DNA of 64,000 nucleotides from a virus (taxonomy: Duplodnaviria > Heunggongvirae > Uroviricota > Caudoviricetes). The stretch lies in the IMG/VR virus record IMGVR_UViG_3300016472_000494, one strand, 5' to 3'. The number at the start of each line of letters is the position of its first letter. The stretch's first letter is position 1. Below, piece by piece: positions 28,042 through 37,190 of the stretch. The notes beneath the pieces were generated by a model. It saw nothing but the letters and a program-made list of their open reading frames with translations. It was not told the origin of the DNA and ran no database searches. The position numbers were made by a program, and so were the translations under genes.

Positions 28042-28472
28042 GTTTTTTGTTTAAATAACTTTTGCATTCTTTGCTCAAGATTTTCCCAGTAACCTGAAGA
28101 GTTCATGTACTTGTAAGCAACTTCAACATGTTCTGGAAGTCCTTTGGCAAGTTTTGCCTGGTTGTGAATGTCAGCACTCATAATACACTTGAACAAGCTT
28201 GTCATAAAACTGCCTGCTGTGTTGTGTATAAAAAAGTAAAGCTGCTGCTCTGCTTCAGACGGTTCTGTGTCATTCAAAGAATTAACAAGTGACTCTGCTA
28301 TATGTAAAGCGTCGTCTCTGTTTTTTGCCATAAAAGGTCCTACAACATGTTTGCAAAATGGAGATTCATTTGCTTCAATGATGTCAAGCGCCTCACGATA
28401 TGGTTTTACTTGATAGGTGCCAGAAACATGCTGATAACCCCACCATTCTTGTTGGTCGCTTAAATCACTCAT
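28038..28472 (-). CDS. hypothetical protein
   Basis: 144 aa. Confidence 0.45.
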   Translation of the reverse strand: MSDLSDQQEWWGYQHVSGTYQVKPYREALDIIEANESPFCKHVVGPFMAKNRDDALHIAESLVNSLNDTEPSEAEQQLYFFIHNTAGSFMTSLFKCIMSADIHNQAKLAKGLPEHVEVAYKYMNSSGYWENLEQRMQKLFKQKT

Positions 28473-28686
28473 CTTTACTCCCAGCTACAAGATCAAACTG
28501 GTCACCAATAGCTCTTACTGTTTTGGCAAGGTGCTTTGCCAGGTGCTTTACAGCGTCAGGATCAAGCGTATTTAACCACTCAGATTGTTTTTCATCTGGG
28601 CAGTCTTCAAAGCAGGTAGGTTCCCTGCGTTCTTCGTCGTCAAATTTGTGGAAGATGTACACTCCACTTAAGTTCCTGCGATTCAT
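28465..28686 (-). CDS. hypothetical protein
   Basis: 73 aa. Confidence 0.35.
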   Translation of the reverse strand: MNRRNLSGVYIFHKFDDEERREPTCFEDCPDEKQSEWLNTLDPDAVKHLAKHLAKTVRAIGDQFDLVAGSKDE

Positions 28687-28698
28687 TTTTTGGTCCTA

Positions 28699-28950
28699 TT
28701 ATTTTGTACCACATAGCTTGGAGATGTAGCTTTCTACTTTAGACGTCTCCTCATTAGTGAGACCTTCACAGTAGAATCTACCCATGCCAAACTTTGACTT
28801 GATCTGACTGTAGCTAAAGCCAGGTTTTTTAATAAACTCCTGGAACTTCTGGTCCAGCCAGGCGGTCAGCTCAGGAATGTCTATTCCCAAGCCATAGTGA
28901 CCTTCTTCTAAGAAGTCTTTGTACTTCTCATTAAACTGTTCTGATGTCAT
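28699..28950 (-). CDS. hypothetical protein
   Basis: 83 aa. Confidence 0.4.
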   Translation of the reverse strand: MTSEQFNEKYKDFLEEGHYGLGIDIPELTAWLDQKFQEFIKKPGFSYSQIKSKFGMGRFYCEGLTNEETSKVESYISKLCGTK

Positions 28951-29204
28951 TCGACGATTTTGTTGAAAAAGTTAGCATTAATCCAATCTTCTGCTTCACC
29001 CACATTAGGTGGAGCCTGGATGACCCAAGTGATCTCCATGATTTCCTCTAATCCATTTTCATGGTCTTCAGACACAATGACTGTAAATTCAAAAGTTTCA
29101 GTCTGAACTTCATCTTCCCACTGAGAACAATCGCAGGTGTACTGTCCACTATAGTATTTGGTAGAGGAAAACGGAGTCTTTTCTATTGTAAACTTTCCTT
29201 TCAT
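28947..29204 (-). CDS. hypothetical protein
   Basis: 85 aa. Confidence 0.4.
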   Translation of the reverse strand: MKGKFTIEKTPFSSTKYYSGQYTCDCSQWEDEVQTETFEFTVIVSEDHENGLEEIMEITWVIQAPPNVGEAEDWINANFFNKIVE

Positions 29205-29209
29205 GGTTA

Positions 29210-29704
29210 TTATTCTTCATTATTAAAGTGAACAGATACAGACACCAGTTCTCCCTGGTCGTCATAGTTGGCAAACACTGGATAAATTCCATCACCACAA
29301 GCAGTGCTGAAAGCAACAGCTACACCGTCATGTCCCAGCTTATAATTAAGCTGACCATGTCCTTTGGCAGACAAAGTAGCTTTACAGCAAGCGTTGTAAC
29401 TGAAATTGTGCATGGAATCAGGACTATCAAGTTTTTTCCATTCACCGGATGCTATTAGCTGGTTCATGGTTTGACCACCATATTTTGAAATTGGTGTATC
29501 ATACTTAGCAAAGTCTACACGATACTGCAGAACATCACCTGTAGTTTTATGCTGATACTTTCTGATGTCCTGAAACTCTTCTTTTTCCCATTCAGAGTCA
29601 ATGTAGCAAGGATCACATAGGACAAGCTGACCTGAGTCAACTCCTACTACTCCAATTTGTACTTTTTTCATTAGTAAGTTTTTTAAGTTCTTCAATTTCA
29701 GCAA
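29210..29704 (-). CDS. hypothetical protein
   Basis: 164 aa; blocks VGVDSGQLVLCDPCY and ACGDGIYPV resemble a conserved DUF but cannot be assigned. Confidence 0.45.
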   Translation of the reverse strand: MLKLKNLKNLLMKKVQIGVVGVDSGQLVLCDPCYIDSEWEKEEFQDIRKYQHKTTGDVLQYRVDFAKYDTPISKYGGQTMNQLIASGEWKKLDSPDSMHNFSYNACCKATLSAKGHGQLNYKLGHDGVAVAFSTACGDGIYPVFANYDDQGELVSVSVHFNNEE

Positions 29705-30053
29705 GCACCCTGTCCATCTTCTCAGAAATTTTCAGGTTTATTTTATTTGTGCTGCCATGTACATAACATTCGCTCAGCTCACGATAAACAGCTTGCAGCT
29801 GTTTCATTTTATCGCTGTTCAATAAGGTTTTTGTTTCTTCTTTGCGATTCTTGTGAATGATTTCTACAGCGTCATCTAAAGAAAAGTCTGCACCTTTCTC
29901 ATGCAGCTTTGCAAAAACATCTTGAATAATTTCTATAATTCTCAAATTGTCAATATGAACCTCAGTCATTGCAAGAGCTGTTCTTACAAGCTCAGGTTTC
30001 AGGGTCAGTAATGGATATGTTGTTTTCATGTCGGTATTGAAGTTCTTTAGCAA
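29637..30053 (-). CDS. hypothetical protein
   Basis: 138 aa; its 3' end overlaps the next gene by 68 nt. Confidence 0.4.
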   Translation of the reverse strand: MLKNFNTDMKTTYPLLTLKPELVRTALAMTEVHIDNLRIIEIIQDVFAKLHEKGADFSLDDAVEIIHKNRKEETKTLLNSDKMKQLQAVYRELSECYVHGSTNKINLKISEKMDRVLAEIEELKKLTNEKSTNWSSRS

Positions 30054-30411
30054 TAAGTTTTAAGTGCCACTCCGCACCACCAAACGCTAAAACAGCTGCC
30101 AAATGTTCATCAGTCATTTCAGCAAGTTTTACCCAGGTGAGTGGTTCTTTGCCACTTTTACCTCTTGAGCCACGTGTAGCATGCTGTCTTACTTTTTCAA
30201 AAGGTTCATCTGCATATACAGTCAAAAGCTCAATTAATTCAAGATCTAATGCACCATAATGCAGATAGCTCATACCTCCATCAACAGAAGCATGATTAGG
30301 ACAACCACAAGTATTGTAATCATGGCGATGACGACTCACAATTGTTTTTGAACAAACTTTGCATAAAACAGCGTTATACACAATCTGTCTTTCAGTTATT
30401 TCTTTACTCAT
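29992..30411 (-). CDS. Cys/His-rich hypothetical protein (possible zinc-binding)
   Basis: 139 aa; CKVCSK...HRHDYNTCGCPNH. Confidence 0.4.
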   Translation of the reverse strand: MSKEITERQIVYNAVLCKVCSKTIVSRHRHDYNTCGCPNHASVDGGMSYLHYGALDLELIELLTVYADEPFEKVRQHATRGSRGKSGKEPLTWVKLAEMTDEHLAAVLAFGGAEWHLKLIAKELQYRHENNISITDPET

Positions 30412-30419
30412 AGGATCAG

Positions 30420-31277
30420 TTAAAAAATGTAACGAATGTAATTCCAGGGGATGATACTTTCATGCAGCTTTCTAAAATCAGCAATGTAACCAGCTTTCAG
30501 AGAACCTTTGTACCTTAGGTTTACACCTCCATATTGAGATACTTTATCTTCTTGTATCTCAGGGTGCCAGATAAGACTCTCACCGGCGGCATTGTTTTTA
30601 AGATTTTGATGATGTCTTTCTGTGTTATGCGTAAGAAAAATAACTTCTGCTTTTACAGCAGGTTTGTACTCATCTTTGACAGCATTGTTCAAGTCTTCAA
30701 ATAATTTCTGATAGTTTTCAAGCCAGTTATCTGTGACAATTACTGGTGAAAAGTTCACATGTACATCATAACCTGCCTCAACAAACATGTTGATAGCATC
30801 AAGACGTTCTTGAATGCTTGATGTTTCAGGCTCAAGCACATCTGCATAGCATTGTGGCATTAAAGAAAACCTGATGCGTATTTTTTTCTGAGGATTGTAT
30901 AACAACAGCTTCTTGTTCACATACTTGGTTGCAAAAGAACCCATAATTTTTTCGTTCATCTTGAAAAAATCAAATATCTGTTGCCAGTTGTGGTACTTCA
31001 GATGCAACGCAAAGTCTTCATTGCAAGAAATGTCGTAAGTGATCAGACTTTCATGTGTCTGATTAGGTTTTTCTACCTGAGCAAACCAGCTATGATTGTT
31101 GATAGCAGTGAGGATCTCTCCTGTGTTTTTGGCAATGTCCAAGCCAGTAGGCTTATGTCGCTTCATATAGCAGTAGACACACTCAAACAGACATCCATGC
31201 CCAAAGCTGGGTGAGATGAAGTCTGTGCTTCTACCACTTTCGCGTATGAGCATGGATTTTCTGTTGACTATTTTCAT
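30420..31277 (-). CDS. radical SAM enzyme, SplB/COG1533-like (spore-photoproduct-lyase family)
   Basis: 285 aa; canonical CX3CX2C cluster GCLFECVYCY (C-x3-C-x-Y-C-Y as in SplB-like proteins). Confidence 0.5.
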   Translation of the reverse strand: MKIVNRKSMLIRESGRSTDFISPSFGHGCLFECVYCYMKRHKPTGLDIAKNTGEILTAINNHSWFAQVEKPNQTHESLITYDISCNEDFALHLKYHNWQQIFDFFKMNEKIMGSFATKYVNKKLLLYNPQKKIRIRFSLMPQCYADVLEPETSSIQERLDAINMFVEAGYDVHVNFSPVIVTDNWLENYQKLFEDLNNAVKDEYKPAVKAEVIFLTHNTERHHQNLKNNAAGESLIWHPEIQEDKVSQYGGVNLRYKGSLKAGYIADFRKLHESIIPWNYIRYIF

Positions 31278-31293
31278 AGCAGATCTTTGTGAT

Positions 31294-31488
31294 TTACAAC
31301 CAACCTGGTTTTAAGTGTTTGATTTCAGTGCGTTGACCGGTGTAACTCTGATAGTCATCCCAATCATCATTGCAGTGATACACCACAAATGCGTGGTAAG
31401 GGTCTTCTGGAAAAGACTTGATGATACCATGTTCTTTAGCTCCTTTGTGCACATATGTGACTTTGGTGCCTTCAGTCATTAATTGCAT
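31294..31488 (-). CDS. small hypothetical protein
   Basis: 64 aa. Confidence 0.3.
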   Translation of the reverse strand: MQLMTEGTKVTYVHKGAKEHGIIKSFPEDPYHAFVVYHCNDDWDDYQSYTGQRTEIKHLKPGWL

Positions 31489-31552
31489 GATTGTGTAAGT
31501 TATAGAAACAAAGAGTCCAGCGCATTAACACTGGACCCTTGTTCTCTACTAA

Positions 31553-32401
31553 TTAATTAACAGGTTTGTAAAGCATGGGTGCTTGACCGTATACAGGTAA
31601 CTTGCCATCCCAACGCTCAATCCATTGCTGTTTAAGCAACATTTCTGTAAGAGTGCGTTGTTTTAATGCATTAGCTTCTGCTTCTGCTTTAGCAGATGTC
31701 AAAAGTGCTTGTGCATTACCTTCAGCAGTAGCAACTTTAATTTTAGCTTGTGCTTCAGCAGATTTAACTTGGTTTTCAGCAGTAAGTGCTGCTTGAACTG
31801 CATTGTTCTTAGCTTCAATAGCTTTCTTGAAAGTTTCTGGATACACAAGGTTAGAAGTAAACTGTGCCAAAACAAATCCTTCAGGATACAACTGTGACTC
31901 TAATACTTTACGCACTTTAACTTCAAACTGCTCACGATTAGAAATAAGTTCATCAGCAGTATAAGAGTTGGCTACAATACGAAAAGCGTCATACACAGCA
32001 GTTTTAAGAAATCCTTCTTCAATAGCGTCAAGAGTTAAGCGATACTTACCAAAAATATAAGGCACACGATCACGTTTGACAGCGTAGTTAACTATTGGAG
32101 AAACATGAAACTCTGAACCATCTTTTGAGTTAACAATAAATGACTCATCAACAGCATCTTCACCGTTGTTTTTATACTCTTTATGCTGTACAAATGTGGG
32201 AAACTCAATAATCTTTGTGCTGAAAGGATTGTAGAAGACCCATCCTGTAACTTCAGTGGCATCGTCCACACCTTTACCATCTCCATAAAGATTTACTTTA
32301 ACACCTACGTGTCCTGCGTCAATACGCTCGCAACAAGACAAAGAAAATATCATTAGTAGCGCCGCAACAGATGATAATAAAATTATTTTAGCTTGGTTCA
32401 T
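31553..32401 (-). CDS. SPFH (stomatin/prohibitin/HflK-C band-7) domain protein with lipoprotein-type signal peptide
   Basis: 282 aa; signal peptide ending LSCC; SPFH N-terminal block AGHVGVKV; long Ala/Glu/Lys coiled-coil tail (AEAQAKIKVATAEGNAQALL...) as in HflC/prohibitins. Confidence 0.55.
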   Translation of the reverse strand: MNQAKIILLSSVAALLMIFSLSCCERIDAGHVGVKVNLYGDGKGVDDATEVTGWVFYNPFSTKIIEFPTFVQHKEYKNNGEDAVDESFIVNSKDGSEFHVSPIVNYAVKRDRVPYIFGKYRLTLDAIEEGFLKTAVYDAFRIVANSYTADELISNREQFEVKVRKVLESQLYPEGFVLAQFTSNLVYPETFKKAIEAKNNAVQAALTAENQVKSAEAQAKIKVATAEGNAQALLTSAKAEAEANALKQRTLTEMLLKQQWIERWDGKLPVYGQAPMLYKPVN

Positions 32402-32639
32402 TGTTTTTTGGTTTTTTGATATTGTTGATAACCTTTTGAAATACTGTCACAATTATCGTGGACAGTGCAATGACAAGGGATAAGGCTATAATAAAACCCA
32501 TGTACACTGCTATATTGCTGTCTTGATTCATCAGCCAAAACGCAAGGCGTGATAGCTCCATAATGAGTGCAAAGACAAACAAATAGACAAAAATTTTAAT
32601 ATAAATGTTTTTGAATTGATTCATAAGCATTGGTAACAA
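32388..32639 (-). CDS. small 2-TM membrane protein
   Basis: 83 aa, two long hydrophobic helices; adjacent to the SPFH gene. Confidence 0.4.
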   Translation of the reverse strand: MLPMLMNQFKNIYIKIFVYLFVFALIMELSRLAFWLMNQDSNIAVYMGFIIALSLVIALSTIIVTVFQKVINNIKKPKNNEPS

Positions 32640-32680
32640 ACCCAGATGCAGAAGTTACTCTGCACCTGGTGTTCATTTTG

Positions 32681-34519
32681 TTAAAGAGTGACCCGTTCTT
32701 TGATAAGCTTGTTTACTTTGCGTGACATATAATTGATCATGTCATTAGGTAGATTTTTGATGTCAGTCATCTTGATAAAGTAGTCAAACATTTGAGCTGA
32801 AGGCACTGATTCTTCAATAGCAATCTGAATTACCTGAAAACCTAAAGCCTGTGCTTTTTGAACTTTAGATTTAGTGTCTTCAATAGCAGATCTACCACTG
32901 TAATCTGAAGCTGCGGGCTGACCATCTGAGAGTACAAACAACAAGCCCTGATTAGGTGTGTTTTTACGTACTCTTTTTGCAAAAGCAAGTATAGCATCAC
33001 CGTCCCGGTTGTTGCCTCTTGCTTCAATAGATCCTAAGGAAAAAGGATCTGTGACATATCCTTTCTCACGGTAAACACGCAAATAAGTTACAGATGTAGA
33101 AGGTGTATCTGCAGTATGACCATACATATACAAGTCTACATCAGGCATATTTTTAAAAACTTCGTTTATGAATATAGCAGCTTGTCTTGCTTTTTCAATT
33201 TTGCTACCTCCCATAGAGCCTGATTCATCAATCAAAACGCCCACACAAATTTTATTTGTAGTGATCCGTCCCATTCTTTCATAGATAGTAGGAACATTCT
33301 GAGCAGCTTCTGCAATTTTGTTGGTATCAAGTCTACCAGAGCGCATTGACTTCATTACAAAAGCCTGGTCTTTACTTTTTCTTGCAAAAAGCTTTTGAAG
33401 TACAGCAGCTTTAGTACTGTCTACTTTGTGCAACGCATTTTTGTATGCAATAGCATTAGTATCAGCTTTTAAGAATACTACAGTACTGTCTTCAGCAAAA
33501 CCTTCTTCATCATAATCTTTAGAATTAGGTATATGATGCGTGCCAGGTATCATGTCCTCAGTAAAATCTTCAAACTCTTTTTTGAAAGATCCTTCTTTGT
33601 TACCTTCTTCAGCATTGATCAAAGATTTGATCATCTCTTTAGCTATCTCATTCAGGTCTGATTTACTCAGCTTTGGTTTTGATTTGCCAGAAGATGACTC
33701 ACCGTCTTCTTCATCATCTCCCTCACCTTCTCCAGGTGGAGGTGGTTCTTCGTCTTCGGTATATTTGACAATGATGTTGGTTAAAGAAGTAGCCATGCTA
33801 GCACATTCTGCAGTTGTATTAGGTATGCCGTCATACTTTTTCAAAAGACGTTCAATAGCTGTTACAGGCTTTTCAAATTCTTCAAGATCACTTTCAGAAA
33901 TATTAGCAGGATAGCGTAACATTTTGACAATAAGATCCATCAAACGCTTTTGAGCAGGTTCTTCTTCCCCTACAACTGGTGCATTTTCATAGCGATGGTT
34001 CTTGAACTTTTGAACAAACTTAAGATAACCTGGCAGACGATCTGCAAGTTTTTTGTCAATACGTTCTGTATTCAACACAGTAAACAAAAGATCTTTCAGA
34101 CCTACGTCTTTAGAGGTGTCTCTTGCTTTCATAGTCTGATAATACTCAGAAGTAGTCTGCATTGTGGCCAGTGCAGCATTTTGAATGGAAGCACCGTAGA
34201 ACGCATCCAGCAGCTCTGTGTCTTTGTCTAGGTAGTTTCCTTTCTTATCGCGCAACATGCTCAATGGAATTTGCACTGAAGGATTACTTGAATTTGCTTC
34301 TACGTTATTGGTGTATTCAAAGTCTTTAGGAACACCAATTACCCTGAATATAGAACCAATCATCTTAGCAGCTACTTTCAGAGAGTCATTATTGCGGACA
34401 AAGAATGAGGAGTAAGAATCTCTGCCTCTGTCCCAGCTGAAAAATCTTTTAGAGTCATCAGCAAATGTGTAGGCATCTTCTGCCCTACGGTTAAACCAGT
34501 CTCTTGACAGTTTACTCAT
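32681..34519 (-). CDS. von Willebrand factor A (VWA) domain protein, CobT-like (mid-protein poly-acidic stretch)
   Basis: 612 aa; MIDAS motif DESGSMGG, later LSDGQP; acidic block EEPPPPGEGEGDDEEDGESSSGKSK; downstream of an AAA+ gene as in CobS/CobT or MoxR/VWA pairs. Confidence 0.6.
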   Translation of the reverse strand: MSKLSRDWFNRRAEDAYTFADDSKRFFSWDRGRDSYSSFFVRNNDSLKVAAKMIGSIFRVIGVPKDFEYTNNVEANSSNPSVQIPLSMLRDKKGNYLDKDTELLDAFYGASIQNAALATMQTTSEYYQTMKARDTSKDVGLKDLLFTVLNTERIDKKLADRLPGYLKFVQKFKNHRYENAPVVGEEEPAQKRLMDLIVKMLRYPANISESDLEEFEKPVTAIERLLKKYDGIPNTTAECASMATSLTNIIVKYTEDEEPPPPGEGEGDDEEDGESSSGKSKPKLSKSDLNEIAKEMIKSLINAEEGNKEGSFKKEFEDFTEDMIPGTHHIPNSKDYDEEGFAEDSTVVFLKADTNAIAYKNALHKVDSTKAAVLQKLFARKSKDQAFVMKSMRSGRLDTNKIAEAAQNVPTIYERMGRITTNKICVGVLIDESGSMGGSKIEKARQAAIFINEVFKNMPDVDLYMYGHTADTPSTSVTYLRVYREKGYVTDPFSLGSIEARGNNRDGDAILAFAKRVRKNTPNQGLLFVLSDGQPAASDYSGRSAIEDTKSKVQKAQALGFQVIQIAIEESVPSAQMFDYFIKMTDIKNLPNDMINYMSRKVNKLIKERVTL

Positions 34520-34635
34520 GGTATTTTAGTTTTAAATTTTTGTCGTACATTTGATAAATATTTGCGACATAAGGAGTGTGAGCAACAATATTGTCACCCA
34601 CACCCTTTCTGTCACAAACCAGCTGATCCTACAGC

Positions 34636-35922
34636 TTAAAACGCAGAAACAATAGACAGCACCTTGCTACGCTCACTCACGCCAATGCTGTCTTCAAACA
34701 GCGGCATAATGGTAGCAAGCAATGCTTTGTCTACTTCAAAACCATCAGAAATCAATGACGCAGCCTGCAAGGTGTGACGAACTGACACAGGAGTAGATAA
34801 CTCCTGTTCTTTGTACTGCTTGCGGATCTCATTAGAGACCCTGACAATAGCAGTAGCAGCCTTTTCGTCTATGCCGGTGCGCAGTTTCAGTACATTAATC
34901 TCATCACGCTCTGAAGGATAGCCCAACTCTACAGGAAAGAACCTGTCAAGCAAAGCGCGGTCAATGCTGTGGGTGCCAGAATACTCTGAACCCAAGTTTG
35001 CAGTAGCAAAGAACACAGTGTTTTCATTCACAGCAATCCTGCGCTCACCATCTTCACATGCAATATCTATGGGTAAGTAACGTCGCTTGTCCAAGCATGG
35101 AAACAAGATATTATTGGCTGCGAGCGGAGAGCGGTTAAGCTCATCAAGCAGTACAATACCACCACTTTGAATGCGAGAAACAAAGGGTGCCTGTTCAAAG
35201 ACAGAGTGACCTTCCTTGTTCAGACGGTGTACACCTAACAGAGCGCTTTGGGCGTCTTGTACAGTACCCATGTCTTGGATGTAAAGTTCTTTTCCCATAG
35301 CAGTTGCCAAGTGGTAAAGAATTTCTGTTTTACCGCTACCAGTAGGTCCTACAAGTAAGGTGTTTTCACCACGCAGCGCGTTACGGCATATCAAAAACCA
35401 GATGTCTGGATCAATGTGAAAGCCAACATCTTCTGTTTTAGGTACAGGATAATGCGCTGCAATCGTGCGACGAATGTTGGTTCCAGCAGGTGTTGTTCCT
35501 GGCTCTTCAGGCTTAGGAGCAATCTTGTCCTCCCAGACATATTCATAGCCGTATGAAGCCATCTGTTCAGCCATTTTCTTGGCGTATTCTACACCATAGT
35601 CAGCGCTGTCCAGGAAATAATCAACAGCAAAGTCACAAAGTTTCTGCAAACGCTCTTTGTTAAGTGATGACAAAGGAAATAGGTTACCTTCAAAGGAAAG
35701 AGCGATGATGTTCTCTTTGCGAATATGCAAGTGATCTGCTTCAGGAAAGTCATAGCCGTCAGAAACAAAAATGGTTTCCAAAGGAAATTTGGCAAAATCA
35801 GCAATAGAAGTTGTAATCTTCAAATCTTCAATACTGCGGGTGAGAGTTTTCTCAAATGCCTGTTTAGGCAATGTTTTAATTTGGTAGCTAGTACCTTGAA
35901 TAAAGCTTTGTAGTAGGATCAT
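34636..35922 (-). CDS. AAA+ ATPase, MoxR/CobS (AAA_5)-like
   Basis: 428 aa; Walker A LLVGPTGSGKTE, Walker B IVLLDELNR, sensor region FFATAN; ~150-aa N-terminal extension. Confidence 0.6.
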   Translation of the reverse strand: MILLQSFIQGTSYQIKTLPKQAFEKTLTRSIEDLKITTSIADFAKFPLETIFVSDGYDFPEADHLHIRKENIIALSFEGNLFPLSSLNKERLQKLCDFAVDYFLDSADYGVEYAKKMAEQMASYGYEYVWEDKIAPKPEEPGTTPAGTNIRRTIAAHYPVPKTEDVGFHIDPDIWFLICRNALRGENTLLVGPTGSGKTEILYHLATAMGKELYIQDMGTVQDAQSALLGVHRLNKEGHSVFEQAPFVSRIQSGGIVLLDELNRSPLAANNILFPCLDKRRYLPIDIACEDGERRIAVNENTVFFATANLGSEYSGTHSIDRALLDRFFPVELGYPSERDEINVLKLRTGIDEKAATAIVRVSNEIRKQYKEQELSTPVSVRHTLQAASLISDGFEVDKALLATIMPLFEDSIGVSERSKVLSIVSAF

Positions 35923-35949
35923 TTTTGTCTTTTTGTTAGAGTTAAATGT

Positions 35950-36543
35950 TTAGTAAATCGCAAAACCATTGCAGTTTTGAAGAAAGAGCGCAAAGTCTCT
36001 CATGTTGTCAGTAGTTGTACCGTGTGAGGTTTGATAAGCAATGCCGTCTAGTTCTGCATCTCCTAAAAAGTATGTGTCGTACTTTTCATTGAGACGCTCA
36101 ATTTTTGTTGGATCATCTAAGAGACAATCAACAATGTTTTCGTGTTCATTTACAGTTTTAAACGTCCAATGACCCATATTCAAGCTAACTGCTTTGTATC
36201 CTGCAGATTCTATTAAAGACGCATGTGATTCAAAAGCTTCAGCTAGCTTTACACAGTGCTCAGGGTCTGAAACACCCTTGCCGTCGTTGCTTCCAAGAGA
36301 CTTGATCTCATTTTTAGGTATGCCTATGTCATATTCTTTGTTGAAGTAACCCACCAGCATTTGCAAGGGTCGCCAGTGCCACCAGTTGTTTCTGAAGTAA
36401 TAACCAGGGTTTTGGTTTTCCCATTTGTCAAGTTTATCGTAATACTCAGTGCGTTCTTCAGCAGAAAGTTCGCTGAAATTGTCAGGATAAGAGGGTTTTT
36501 CGCTTGTCAGCGCAGGCTTTAAGCCATAAATGTCTACTCCCAT
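35950..36543 (-). CDS. hypothetical protein
   Basis: 197 aa. Confidence 0.45.
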   Translation of the reverse strand: MGVDIYGLKPALTSEKPSYPDNFSELSAEERTEYYDKLDKWENQNPGYYFRNNWWHWRPLQMLVGYFNKEYDIGIPKNEIKSLGSNDGKGVSDPEHCVKLAEAFESHASLIESAGYKAVSLNMGHWTFKTVNEHENIVDCLLDDPTKIERLNEKYDTYFLGDAELDGIAYQTSHGTTTDNMRDFALFLQNCNGFAIY

Positions 36544-36563
36544 AAACAGTAAATTTTTATAAG

Positions 36564-36700
36564 GGGGTGGTCACCAGTGACCAGGGGGGTAGTCATGGGT
36601 GACCACACCCCCTAGTCATGGGTGACTAGTAAGGAATAAGAAGAAAGAAAAAGAGAAAGGCGCGCATTTGAGGGGTGGTCATGGGTGACTACCCCCCATG
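36564..36700. repeat. array of four imperfect palindromes GGTCA(Y)(S)(S)(R)GTGAC(C/T) flanked by G5-7/C5-7 runs (operator or iteron candidate)
   Basis: ggtcaccagtgacc (36569-36582), agtcatgggtgacc (36591-36604), agtcatgggtgact (36614-36627), ggtcatgggtgact (36677-36690); arms GGTCA/TGACC are reverse complements. Confidence 0.6.
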
Positions 36701-36701
36701 C

Positions 36702-37190
36702 TTAAAAGCCTTCTTTAAAGTCGTCAATTCTAAACTCTCCAGAGTCAGAAGACCCATCGTTGTCATCGTCATCTTGACCATCACTATTGTTAAATTTTAT
36801 CTCTTTAAGCAGATTAATGAGCTCTATTTTGATTGAGTCTAACTTTTCATTATCACCATTTTCTGCTGCCTTGCGAGCGGCATCTTCAAGTTTTTGCCAA
36901 CGAGCACGGTGTGAAGAAGTAGCTGATTTAAAAGTGTCATTCAGTTTATCAGCTTCATTGAACTTTTTGACAATGTTTTCTCTGATAGCAGAAAGTTGTT
37001 CAGTTATCAGGTCAATCATGCCAAGCAAACCAAAAGGATGTCCTTTGACTTTTATCATTTTGCCGTTAGGTAAGCCGTTTTCATCGCTTTCCAAAACGAT
37101 CATAATGTGGTCATGTATTGACTTTTCATTTAGTTCATCTGAAACATTTTCAAGGATTTTGATCAATGATGTTGAAGTGGGCTTGTTCAT
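36702..37190 (-). CDS. acidic hypothetical protein
   Basis: 162 aa; C-terminus GQDDDDNDGSSDSGEF. Confidence 0.45.
   Translation of the reverse strand: MNKPTSTSLIKILENVSDELNEKSIHDHIMIVLESDENGLPNGKMIKVKGHPFGLLGMIDLITEQLSAIRENIVKKFNEADKLNDTFKSATSSHRARWQKLEDAARKAAENGDNEKLDSIKIELINLLKEIKFNNSDGQDDDDNDGSSDSGEFRIDDFKEGF

Noticed and set aside
33540-33914. 124-aa + ORF rich in Ser/Pro/Gly
   Set aside because: Antisense to the poly-acidic segment of the VWA gene; a compositional artefact of the GAA/GAT-rich coding strand.
36564-36700. Rho-independent terminators as the sole explanation for the GC-rich palindromes
   Set aside because: Four copies of the same 14-bp inverted repeat in 137 bp exceed what is needed for termination. 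The flanking G-runs and C-runs are not followed by T-tracts on the transcribed minus strand.
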